DNA of 64,000 nucleotides from an uncultured Candidatus Saccharibacteria bacterium (GTDB lineage Bacteria; Patescibacteriota; Minisyncoccia; Phycocordibacterales; CSBR16-119). The first letter of the stretch is position 1. The number at the start of each line of letters is the position of its first letter. This document shows positions 40,404 through 48,653 of this stretch, piece by piece. The notes under the pieces are model-generated. The model ran no database searches. It was given only the letters and a program-made list of their open reading frames with translations, and had not been told where the DNA came from. The stretch spans positions 6,622 to 70,621 of the forward strand of contig CAYHDV010000002.1 in assembly GCA_964355515.1 (NCBI GenBank), in the 5' to 3' direction. The position numbers were made by a program, and so were the translations under genes.

Positions 40404-40757
40404 CTAATTTTCAGGACCTTCTATTCTAAAAGTAGCCTTGATACCTCTGTCACTGAAGAAATCTTCAGATGCTTTTTTGAGTTGTTCTTGTCCTCCCTTT
40501 AACCCTTTAAGTGAGGCAGCGAGTAATGAACCGGGTGTGATTAAATCAAGTTGCTCTATTGAGACCTTACCATCGACACCTTCAACACCACACTCAAATC
40601 CATAAAGCTTTGTCCAATCTTCTCCTTTTGTTTGAGCTTCTGGGCTGTTGAGGTCTATGGGCTCAGGGTCTGAAGTTATTGTCGTTTTGGTTGGGTTCTG
40701 TCTTAACTTGTCCCAGTAGATAACATCTACCCCTTTTTTAAATTGATTGATTGTCAT
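40404..40757 (-). CDS. Hypothetical protein
   Basis: ATG 40757 follows TTGACA-16-TAATAT; terminator downstream. Confidence 0.65.
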   Translation of the reverse strand: MTINQFKKGVDVIYWDKLRQNPTKTTITSDPEPIDLNSPEAQTKGEDWTKLYGFECGVEGVDGKVSIEQLDLITPGSLLAASLKGLKGGQEQLKKASEDFFSDRGIKATFRIEGPEN

Positions 40758-40836
40758 GCGTGTACGTTTAATTTGTTCAGATATTACATTATTTACACAA
40801 AATGTCAAAATGGAAGTGGAAGCCTTACTCTGGGCT

Positions 40837-40876
40837 TATTTAGCAAGTATTTAGCAAGGACAGTCCTAGCTAGTTA
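40837..40876. repeat. Island palindrome family, 40-bp variant
   Basis: 39/40 identical to 42485-42524. Confidence 0.9.
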
Positions 40877-40953
40877 GAGGCTCCGAACTTGGGATGAAGT
40901 TCGAATAGAAATAATAAAAGGCTGAATGCATTTGCAGACAGCCTTTATTGAAG

Positions 40954-41160
40954 TTAGTCGTCATTTAAATACCTTTTGTTTCTCTGTTCTTGGGCAGAAT
41001 CAAACATTTTTTTACGATTATTACTGATATCAGTTCCCGTAATCATATCTGAACTTTTACCTGTCCCTAGGCACGAATGGCAATCAGTTGGGCTTGAATG
41101 ACCTCTACTAGTTTTAAAATGAATCTTTCCTGTTCCGTTGCAAGTTGTACATTTTCCCAT
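40954..41160 (-). CDS. Small DnaJ-type zinc-finger protein
   Basis: CTTCNGTG and CHSCLGTG. Confidence 0.7.
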   Translation of the reverse strand: MGKCTTCNGTGKIHFKTSRGHSSPTDCHSCLGTGKSSDMITGTDISNNRKKMFDSAQEQRNKRYLNDD

Positions 41161-41166
41161 ATATTT

Positions 41167-41769
41167 TTATTTACTTTTCATCACATTTGGGATTTGTGCC
41201 AAGAAATCTGGAACCCAGAAATCATCAAACCAGTACATTGTAGCGAGAACGGCTCTCTTTATTAAATCTCTTGCAGATTCCTCATCTAATACACCTTTAT
41301 GGTCTGCGTCTTCCAATAGTGTTGCCATAAGTTCAATAAAATATTGAATAGTATCTGTAAAGGTGGGTACTATACGTTGGCCCATATTTTTTACAGGTAC
41401 ATAGGTTATCATTTCATCGTCTATTGGGATTTTAAAATCAGAAAGTTGTTCTTTTTTAATGCCGATAGTGTTTGCAAGCGAAAGGATGTTCACAATCATT
41501 TTTAGAGTAGCAGTTTTTTGGATTAAGGGAATGTTTCCCAGTTTTTCATCAGGCTGAGCCATCCACTGTAAATTACGAACGCCTTTCTTTTCAAAAGGAA
41601 CTTCGTCATTAATTTTGTTGGCGGATTTTAAGATATGGAGTAACCCGTGATTTAAAGAGAAGATCTTTTTTCGTTCATCTGTTAGGCTTCCAATAACAGG
41701 GTAATTTTCTTCGTTGAAAATGTACCTTGAGTTTACATACTCAAAAGCATCGGTGAGGTTTTTTATCAT
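41167..41769 (-). CDS. Hypothetical protein
   Basis: 200-aa ATG ORF, co-oriented with the zinc-finger ORF (6-nt gap). Confidence 0.7.
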   Translation of the reverse strand: MIKNLTDAFEYVNSRYIFNEENYPVIGSLTDERKKIFSLNHGLLHILKSANKINDEVPFEKKGVRNLQWMAQPDEKLGNIPLIQKTATLKMIVNILSLANTIGIKKEQLSDFKIPIDDEMITYVPVKNMGQRIVPTFTDTIQYFIELMATLLEDADHKGVLDEESARDLIKRAVLATMYWFDDFWVPDFLAQIPNVMKSK

Positions 41770-41888
41770 TGTTTGTACTAATTTAATTTACTCAAATACT
41801 ACATTATTTACACGAAATATCAAAGTATGTTCGAACTTCTAAGTACGGTAATAAAAAATAACCTTACAAAATAAGGCTATTTTTTGAG

Positions 41889-41991
41889 GCTCCCACTATT
41901 GGATACGTTTAGAACTCTTAATTGGAGTGGTATTAAGAGTGATTTACATTTTAGTGGACTACTAGAACTTAGTAGTAGTTATTCAAAGTAA
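41889..41991 (+). other. Start-less coding tail LPLLDTFRTLNW.. (putative recombinase C-terminus / att junction)
   Basis: Homologous to 43516-43624, with mostly synonymous differences over the first 12 codons. Confidence 0.55.
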
Positions 41992-42458
41992 TCGCTGTCT
42001 ACTTTTTTGACTTGATATGTGGCAACAATACTAACACCTAAATTAAATTCAATCATTAATTTTGCCAGTTCTTTACCGTTTATAAGTACTATTTCCATAG
42101 ATGACCTATTCCTCTCAATTGTCTCTCTTGCTTGTTTTGTATATTCAGAAGTAGTAATAAAAACACCCTTATTTGCACCTCGACTAGACATTGATCCAAT
42201 AAAATTACGCAACTCAACATCTCCAACACTGTTTTCCCAACGTTTTGCTTGTATATAAATTTTACTCAAACCAAGTCTGTCTTCACTAATAATTCCGTCT
42301 ATTCCACCATCTCCCGATTTACCGATAACAACTCCAGCGTCTTTTAGTGATCCGCCATAACCCATTGAGGTTAATAACTTTACAACCAAATACTCAAAAT
42401 CACTTGGCGAAATTAATTTAACTCGTTCAAGTAGTTCTTCGGTAAGAATTTCATTTAA
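41979..42458 (-). pseudogene. mrr: Mrr type IV restriction endonuclease, C-terminal half only
   Basis: FEYLVVKLLTSMGYG, GDGGIDG, YIQAKRW, KGVFITTS, DSDYFE; frame begins at the palindrome's TAG. Confidence 0.85.
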
Positions 42459-42524
42459 CTAGCGAGGACTGTCCTAGCTAGTTATATTTAGCAAGTATTT
42501 ACCAAGGACAGTCCTAGCTAGTTA
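42456..42524. repeat. Island palindrome doublet
   Basis: TAACTAGCGAGGACTGTCCTAGCTAGTTA followed by ..AAGGACAGTCCTAGCTAGTTA. Confidence 0.9.
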
Positions 42525-42539
42525 TGCTTGAGGCATCTC

Positions 42540-43451
42540 CTAGCCACCATAAAAATACTTTTTAAACATCGCATACCCACGTTGAAACCTCTGTTCATCA
42601 TTCCGTTCTACACCCACCCACATACTTCGGAACGCTGGACGAATATATTGTAACTCGATGCGGTTTTGGAGATTCGCGTCGATAGGACCCTCGTATTGAT
42701 CGAGGATTTTATCAAGTACATTTTGTCCGTAATGCAAGAGCCACCTAAATTCATCTGCGGGATCACCGTACTCTCGATCTCCAAAATCAATGATCTTGAC
42801 TTGCTTTTCAGTAGCGTCCCACAATACGTTATCCATCTTCAGATCGCCGTGCTTGAGTACTGATTTGAATTCGTCGTTGAGTGTCGCTCGCAGATTTGCC
42901 AGGTATTGCAAGGTTGTTTCTTGCTCATCCTGGCTTAATCGAGGTAAAGCGAAGGTTTTAACATTTTCTTCAAGTGTACGGAATGTTTGTTCTGGATCGG
43001 ATCGCCTCACATTATATTTCTCAATAATATCGAGAGGTGTGGCATGTAATTGAGACAAAAAAGAAGCTATCTGATGTATTGCAGTATCCTTTTCGTCTTC
43101 GGGTAATTTGTTGAGCATTTCAGCACTCAAAGGGTCACCATGTATATATTCGTAAGACCCAAATGATCCATCATCAGCTACGTATGTATATTCGGGTATT
43201 TGAACTCCGTCAATATGTTGATTCAAGTACGTTAGTAGACGAGCTTCATCAAGTAACGATTCGTGGGGTGCGTTCGCTTTTGGGAGTCGATACACCAACT
43301 TGTTGTCGAGGATAATAATTTCATGGTCTGAGCCACTCACAATATATTCCGCTTTATCGTAACTAATGTTCGGTTCGTGTTGCTTGATTTTTTCTAAGAG
43401 TATTGTTGTTCTCAATGACTCTTCAGTTCTCTTTTTTTCTGATCTGTCCAT
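42540..43451 (-). CDS. Aminoglycoside phosphotransferase-family kinase
   Basis: VYRLP, FLSQLH, HGDLKMDN, IIDFGD, GDPADEF; more CG-rich than neighbours. Confidence 0.85.
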   Translation of the reverse strand: MDRSEKKRTEESLRTTILLEKIKQHEPNISYDKAEYIVSGSDHEIIILDNKLVYRLPKANAPHESLLDEARLLTYLNQHIDGVQIPEYTYVADDGSFGSYEYIHGDPLSAEMLNKLPEDEKDTAIHQIASFLSQLHATPLDIIEKYNVRRSDPEQTFRTLEENVKTFALPRLSQDEQETTLQYLANLRATLNDEFKSVLKHGDLKMDNVLWDATEKQVKIIDFGDREYGDPADEFRWLLHYGQNVLDKILDQYEGPIDANLQNRIELQYIRPAFRSMWVGVERNDEQRFQRGYAMFKKYFYGG

Positions 43452-43515
43452 ATACGTTGATAGTATAGCAAAAAGAAAAGCCAAGCAATTTCTTACTTGA
43501 CTATTCTTTATAAAA

Positions 43516-43624
43516 GCTCCCCCTAGTGGACGCGTTCAGAACTCTCAACTGGGTTCAAATTAAAAGAGATATTGAGTTTTCTAAGATTTTTGAAAGGTTT
43601 CCAATGATAGTACTTCAGAAATAA
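43516..43624 (+). other. Start-less coding tail LPLVDAFRTLNW..IVLQK*
   Basis: Homologous to 41889-41991 and 46604-46669. Confidence 0.55.
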
Positions 43625-43666
43625 ACAAAAAGAAAACCCACCGAAGTGGGTCTCACTTGGTGGGCT

Positions 43667-43695
43667 TAACTAGCGAGAACTGTCCTAGCTAGTTA
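43667..43695. repeat. Island palindrome
   Basis: TAACTAGCGAGAACTGTCCTAGCTAGTTA, 28/29 identical to 42456-42484. Confidence 0.9.
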
Positions 43696-43817
43696 TTGTT
43701 GCCCCAACTGGCGGAGGATGTTAGGACTTATTTGATTACCTATGGGGGTGGCATACCCCAATACCCCGCCATAAAACCGGAGTCCCAAAAAGTAAGTGTC
43801 TAGACGATTGGGTCCTA

Positions 43818-44822
43818 CTAACTAAATCTGAATTTCCAATAATCGACTTTACTTTTAAAGCTAATAAATAAATTAATCAAACAAACTACTATTCTAGGCA
43901 TTACTCGATCAATTAAAAAATATATTATTACTAACATGCTAGCTAAAAATAGTTGGTTATCGCTATAATTTTTAAAGAAAAAAAGAATTTTTGAATGAGA
44001 AAGTGCCATATAATCAATTATAAAAAATATCACAAGAATAACCGAAATAAATAATAATGCATGGAAAGATATTATATAATCAGAACCAAGTAATTTAAAT
44101 TTTTGATTATCAACAATAGGAATAAGGTCTTTTTCAGTGTACTTATCTTGTCGAAATAAAAGAAAAAAATTATCCCTGTCTATTTCGAGAGTAGAATCTA
44201 CCCACAACTTCCCGCCAATTTTTTTACCAGTTAGAGATAAGATATCCCATAGGCATTTAAGTATCACTATAATTAACTTGATCGTAGTCTCTTTAAAGAA
44301 AATTTTAGTTTTTAAGAAAATAAGACCCCTGAGTTTTGTGGTGTCTATGTGTAAATTATAGATATAATCCACTAGTTCTCTGAGAAAAATATTTTTATTT
44401 GTTTGAGTATCAAAAATCAATTTAGATTTAACATTTAATACAAATCTTTCATCTTCTCTTAAATCTACTGGTTGCCAAGATTTTTCACTTTCTTTAAGTG
44501 ATTCTTCAGTAGGAGATCCAGTATCATCCGGATTGTAGATAATATGATTATCGAGCAAATATTTACTTGCTTTTGAAATAAAAATAAATAAAGGTGCTTT
44601 ATATTCACTATCAATATTTTTATGGTAAAAACCGACCTTAATAAGAACAACACTGTCCGGTTTACCTTCCTTGGTTATTGCAGGTTTAAATTTTGATTTA
44701 TAAGAATAAGCCTTAACAATACTAAATCCAGATACCCCAGGATGTTCATTCCAAGGTATCCTATCTTCATTTTCAACAATTGTAAGTAAGTCGAGAAAAG
44801 ACTTATTATTAGGGATTTCCAT
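43818..44822 (-). CDS. AT-rich hypothetical membrane protein
   Basis: 334-aa ORF with C-terminal TMs. Confidence 0.7.
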   Translation of the reverse strand: MEIPNNKSFLDLLTIVENEDRIPWNEHPGVSGFSIVKAYSYKSKFKPAITKEGKPDSVVLIKVGFYHKNIDSEYKAPLFIFISKASKYLLDNHIIYNPDDTGSPTEESLKESEKSWQPVDLREDERFVLNVKSKLIFDTQTNKNIFLRELVDYIYNLHIDTTKLRGLIFLKTKIFFKETTIKLIIVILKCLWDILSLTGKKIGGKLWVDSTLEIDRDNFFLLFRQDKYTEKDLIPIVDNQKFKLLGSDYIISFHALLFISVILVIFFIIDYMALSHSKILFFFKNYSDNQLFLASMLVIIYFLIDRVMPRIVVCLINLFISFKSKVDYWKFRFS

Positions 44823-44953
44823 AATAAAGCAAATATAACATAAATAACTAGCGAGGACTAACTAGCGAGGACTGTCCTAGCTAGTCCTAATAAAGCAAAT
44901 ATAACATAAATAACTAGCGAGGACTAACTAGCGAGGACTGTCCTAGCTAGTCC
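44822..44953. repeat. 66-bp tandem duplication containing island palindromes
   Basis: 44822-44887 = 44888-44953; each unit has a 14-bp internal duplication TAACTAGCGAGGAC. Confidence 0.9.
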
Positions 44954-45204
44954 TGACCTAATGTTTCAGAGCGAACAGCTTTTTCAATTGCAAAAAATTG
45001 TGAGGCCTCTGATGGTTTTCCGATTGACTCAAAAATTATATTTCTTGTTCCGATCTCACGGATGAGAATTTTTACACCTGTTCTTTCCTTGTCGTCAGGT
45101 CTGATATCTTTTGGTAATGCAATAAGATCATCAAAAAGATTTTCTGCAAAATCCAATAGCCATACTTTCGCACCATGTGAGGTGAAAAACTCTTCTCTTT
45201 TCAT
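44947..45204 (-). pseudogene. Hypothetical gene, probably 3'-truncated by the palindrome
   Basis: Stop TAG (44947-44949) lies inside the repeat. Confidence 0.5.
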
Positions 45205-45488
45205 TTTATTCAATTTTAGTTAAACACTTTTTCTGAATGCTAACACAGTATAAAATACTTGTAAAGTTAGTAGAATCTTAGTGCCGCCAACACTTAAGCC
45301 TAAATCTTTTATGGTCACTTTAACTAGGAAGGATTGTTCTTTTAATATACTAACGTTTATTAAAATCACCTTGATTTATAAAACCGCAAGGATTGTTTTT
45401 TCTAATTAAAAATAAGAGTGGCTACTTTTTTAAAATTTGACATATTTATATTTGTAATATACAATAATAAAAAATAGAATATTGAAAT

Positions 45489-46199
45489 ATGGATAAATAT
45501 TGTGAAAATCCGATCGAAAATGAACTCTTTCAAAGAGCCCATCGGTTGATGGAAGAAACAGGGCAGAGTATTCGCAACCATGAGAAAAACTTTTATAGCT
45601 TGGCTGTGCATGAGTTTATAAAAGAAAAATATTCTTATGGCATAGGTCATCTAAAAAGGCAGATTATAATGCCAATGCCTAAAGAAGAATTAGGCAAATG
45701 CCTTAGCAGATGTGAATTAAAAAAGTATTATTCAAGTCTAACTGATCATTCTTGGCCTAAAGATTCTTTTTATCAATACAGCTTTCATGAATGTAATGGT
45801 GAATCGCTAGACTATTTGATGTATGGTTATGCTATATGTGGAGATGAGTTGATTCCTTGCGCATTTTTTATGAATTTCCTTATGACATGGAAAATTCCTG
45901 AAATTCCTAATCAACTTTTCCCTGATGAATATGCCATTGATTATATGGGCTTGAATTCTGGGAAAAATCCTGAGTGTTATATAGGAGTCAGCGTTCCTAA
46001 AGAACAGACAGAAGAATGGCTGATCTCAGCAAGTAAAACTGCTTTCCCATTGGAATATCTGGTTCAAAAACAAAATGAAGAATCAAAAGAAAATTCCGAA
46101 TGGGAGAGAGAAATATTGATGGGTCCACAAGAAATGATTGGATGTCTTTCCGGGGATAATAAAGATTTGGCGATAAAATGGCTCATGAAAAATCAATAA
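45489..46199 (+). CDS. Hypothetical protein
   Basis: 236-aa ATG ORF. Confidence 0.7.
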   Translation: MDKYCENPIENELFQRAHRLMEETGQSIRNHEKNFYSLAVHEFIKEKYSYGIGHLKRQIIMPMPKEELGKCLSRCELKKYYSSLTDHSWPKDSFYQYSFHECNGESLDYLMYGYAICGDELIPCAFFMNFLMTWKIPEIPNQLFPDEYAIDYMGLNSGKNPECYIGVSVPKEQTEEWLISASKTAFPLEYLVQKQNEESKENSEWEREILMGPQEMIGCLSGDNKDLAIKWLMKNQ

Positions 46200-46209
46200 T
46201 TAATAAGCT

Positions 46210-46539
46210 ATGGGAAATATAAATAAAAAATTGAAAGCAATTTATTTTCATTGGGTTATAAATTATGCTGGGCCTCCACCCAGATCCCTTTCTTCTACTT
46301 TTGAGGATTACCTCTACTTAGAGAGGTATACTTTTCTTGGAGATGATCGATGGCTTGAAAAAGTTCTCGCTGAATGTAATTTGGTTGATAAGGTTGAATT
46401 TGATGAGCAAATGGTTTTAATCGAAGAACAATTCAATACTTATTCGGACCAGCAACAGAAGAAGCGTGATAAAAGGATGGCTAAAGCATGGAAAACCCAT
46501 TTGTCTAATTGTGATAAAGAGGGGATTCTTCCTTTTTAA
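46210..46539 (+). CDS. Hypothetical protein
   Basis: 109-aa ORF 10 nt after the previous stop; terminator follows. Confidence 0.65.
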   Translation: MGNINKKLKAIYFHWVINYAGPPPRSLSSTFEDYLYLERYTFLGDDRWLEKVLAECNLVDKVEFDEQMVLIEEQFNTYSDQQQKKRDKRMAKAWKTHLSNCDKEGILPF

Positions 46540-46721
46540 CACTTTGTTCTTTTTAATTAGATTATCAAAAAATCCCCAAACATTTTGGGGATTTTTTTTA
46601 TAAATTAAAAGAAACACTGAGCTCTCTAAGATTTTTGAGATGTTTCAGATGGTGACACCTCAGAACTAATAAAAAATCTCCCGACCACTGTGTGTGAGGG
46701 AGATTTTCTAGGAAATACTTT

Positions 46722-46916
46722 TTAAGTATTCTCTAGTGTTAATTCGAAAGAACATCTTTTTGTACCAATACTCGTGCGAGTCTTTAATTTCTCTGTCGCA
46801 ACTTCTATTGCCTCTCTTAGGGAGCCTACTTTTATTTCATCCTCCCAAGATGTATCGACTGAATTATTTGGCACAATTGATGAAGACACTTCAATTTTAA
46901 GTCTATACTTTTCCAT
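46722..46916 (-). CDS. Small hypothetical protein
   Basis: ATG 46916; TTGACA promoter near 47031 and a terminator downstream. Confidence 0.5.
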   Translation of the reverse strand: MEKYRLKIEVSSSIVPNNSVDTSWEDEIKVGSLREAIEVATEKLKTRTSIGTKRCSFELTLENT

Positions 46917-47270
46917 TTTATTGAGATTTAATTGGTTATCACAAAAGACAAAATCTTCTCTGAAAACCAATCAAATATAATGTGAGAGAACGACATTGTT
47001 TATATAATATCATACTATATTTATTTGTCAAAAATTGTTCCGGGAGCAGGGGGATCGCCCTCGACTAAAATTTTTGAAAAAATTTTGTCTGGGCACCAGC
47101 TCGCCTATTTTTCTTATTAGAAAAATATGGCTCCGCTGTTCGATCCCTGCCCGAAAGCCAAGCAGTTGGCTTTCTTCCCGTCGCTCAAAAAATCAAAAGC
47201 CGCCTTTTCAGGCGACTTAAGATTTTTACGAGCTCCGGGAGCAGGGATCGAACCTGCGACCAATCGATTA

Positions 47271-47850
47271 CACATTTTCCTAATGTTTCCAAAAGGGGTG
47301 GACTATATCATATCCAGTCATCATTTCTGATGCGATGGACCGAGGCGCTTCGACCACGCTTTTCGTGGGCTACTCCCTTGTGGGATAGTCTCTGAACCTT
47401 CAATTGGATTTCTCCAAAAGCTTGGCTGCTGATTACCCACAGCATTACCTGTTTGGGCTTCCAGACAATTCACCTCGTTTTCAACCTACATTTCTATAGG
47501 AAGCTGCGTTACACCGTCGTGCACTTCAGCATGACAATTTGCACAAAGTAAGACACATTTGTCTAGTTCTTTTTGTACTTTTATCCATGCTCTTGTAACA
47601 CCTCTTGCAGAAATTCCAAAAGATTTTTTGGAAGGATCGATATGATGGAAGTTTAATGCCCTTGATGATTTTTTATAACCACAAATGACACATACACCTC
47701 CTTTATATTCGATCGATTTCGTCATGAGAAGTTTCCTTCTTTTGACAACTGCTTTTTTAAGGTATTCTGCACGATCAGCATATGTTCTTTTTTCTTTGCT
47801 TGGCATATACACTGTATTCTACCATGCTTAGAAAAAGGGAACGTGAGTTC
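47271..47850 (-). mobile_element. Group I self-splicing intron (580 nt, IA-like) with ORF in L1
   Basis: 5' exon ends in U and intron ends in G; P AATTGTCTGGAA, Q AATCAGCAGCC, R TCAGAGACTA, S GATATAGTCC; P3 GAGGTG/CGCCTC; P7 GACTA/TAGTC; two extra hairpins after P7. Confidence 0.93.
47486..47806 (-). CDS. Intron-encoded HNH (putative homing) endonuclease
   Basis: CVICG..LNFHHIDP..KCVLLCANCHAEVH. Confidence 0.9.
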   Translation of the reverse strand: MPSKEKRTYADRAEYLKKAVVKRRKLLMTKSIEYKGGVCVICGYKKSSRALNFHHIDPSKKSFGISARGVTRAWIKVQKELDKCVLLCANCHAEVHDGVTQLPIEM

Positions 47851-47946
47851 ACAGTCGATTGCTCTACCGCTGAGCTATCCCGGAATACTGGCATATCTAA
47901 TTAAAGATACTAAAATATTCTATCAAAAAAGTGGTAAAATGCAACC

Positions 47947-48171
47947 ATGTATATAAAGGTTATGGTTGTCGCAAATGCGAAAAAAGAGAGCTTTGTCCAA
48001 AAAAGTGAGAATTCCTTCATTGCCTCTGTTAAAGAGCCCGCAGAGCGAAATTTGGCTAATAAAAGAATGCTAGAACTTGTGGCTGGGCAATATGGAATAG
48101 ACCAGAAGAAGGTCAGAATTGTAAATGGTCATCACCACCCAAGTAAGCTTCTTTCTGTGGATATTGATTAA
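47947..48171 (+). CDS. DUF167 (YggU-like) protein
   Basis: VKEPAERNLAN, VRIVNGHHHPSK. Confidence 0.85.
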   Translation: MYIKVMVVANAKKESFVQKSENSFIASVKEPAERNLANKRMLELVAGQYGIDQKKVRIVNGHHHPSKLLSVDID

Positions 48172-48207
48172 TCTGCTATAATTAGGTTATTAGTAACATA
48201 ATCAAAT

Positions 48208-48594
48208 ATGCTTATGGAAAATACAAAAATCAACTTAAAGGCTACTGGGATGGATCTTACAGATGCGATTCGGGATTATGTAGAAAAGAGGGTTACTAAT
48301 TTAGATAAACTTATTTCCAAAGTAGAGTCAGATGTGTTGATAGAATTTGAAGTTGGGAAGACAACCAATCATCATAATAATTCAGAATCTTTGTTCAAGG
48401 CGGAATGCAGGGTGACTTTTTCTGGAAAGGATTACTATGCATCAACAAGTGAGTCTGAATTGTACTCAGCAATTGATATTGTAAAAGATAAGATTTTCCA
48501 AGATATCAAACAAGATAGAGATAGATCAAGAAACCTATTCATTAGAAGCGCAAGAAGTCTGAAAAAAAGAATCAAGGGTTTTAAACCTTGGTAG
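48208..48594 (+). CDS. hpf: Ribosome hibernation factor (HPF/RaiA)
   Basis: MDLTDAIRDYVEKR, LYSAIDIVKDK. Confidence 0.88.
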   Translation: MLMENTKINLKATGMDLTDAIRDYVEKRVTNLDKLISKVESDVLIEFEVGKTTNHHNNSESLFKAECRVTFSGKDYYASTSESELYSAIDIVKDKIFQDIKQDRDRSRNLFIRSARSLKKRIKGFKPW

Positions 48595-48653
48595 GATTGT
48601 AGAAAAAAGTGTCAGACTTTAGATGGTTTTTAGGAATATGATATACTGAAATT

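Larger units (their letters stand above)
47233..47884 (-). tRNA. tRNA-Asn(GUU) interrupted by an intron; exons 47884-47851 and 47270-47233
   Basis: Spliced TCCGGGATAGCTCAGCGGTAGAGCAATCGACTGT|TAATCGATTGGTCGCAGGTTCGATCCCTGCTCCCGGAG folds as a 72-nt cloverleaf with CT-GTT-AA loop and G discriminator. Confidence 0.95.

Noticed and set aside
40837-45400. CRISPR array or canonical integron
   Set aside because: Repeats are about 1 kb apart; no cas or intI gene; palindromes lack the extrahelical bases typical of attC (kept only as an alternative hypothesis)
40400-47200. Intact prophage or ICE
   Set aside because: No integrase, terminase, capsid, relaxase or replication gene is recognisable
47035-47330. 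ORFs 47035-47220 and 47127-47330
   Set aside because: Overlap the tRNA exon, intron and palindromic trailer on the opposite strand
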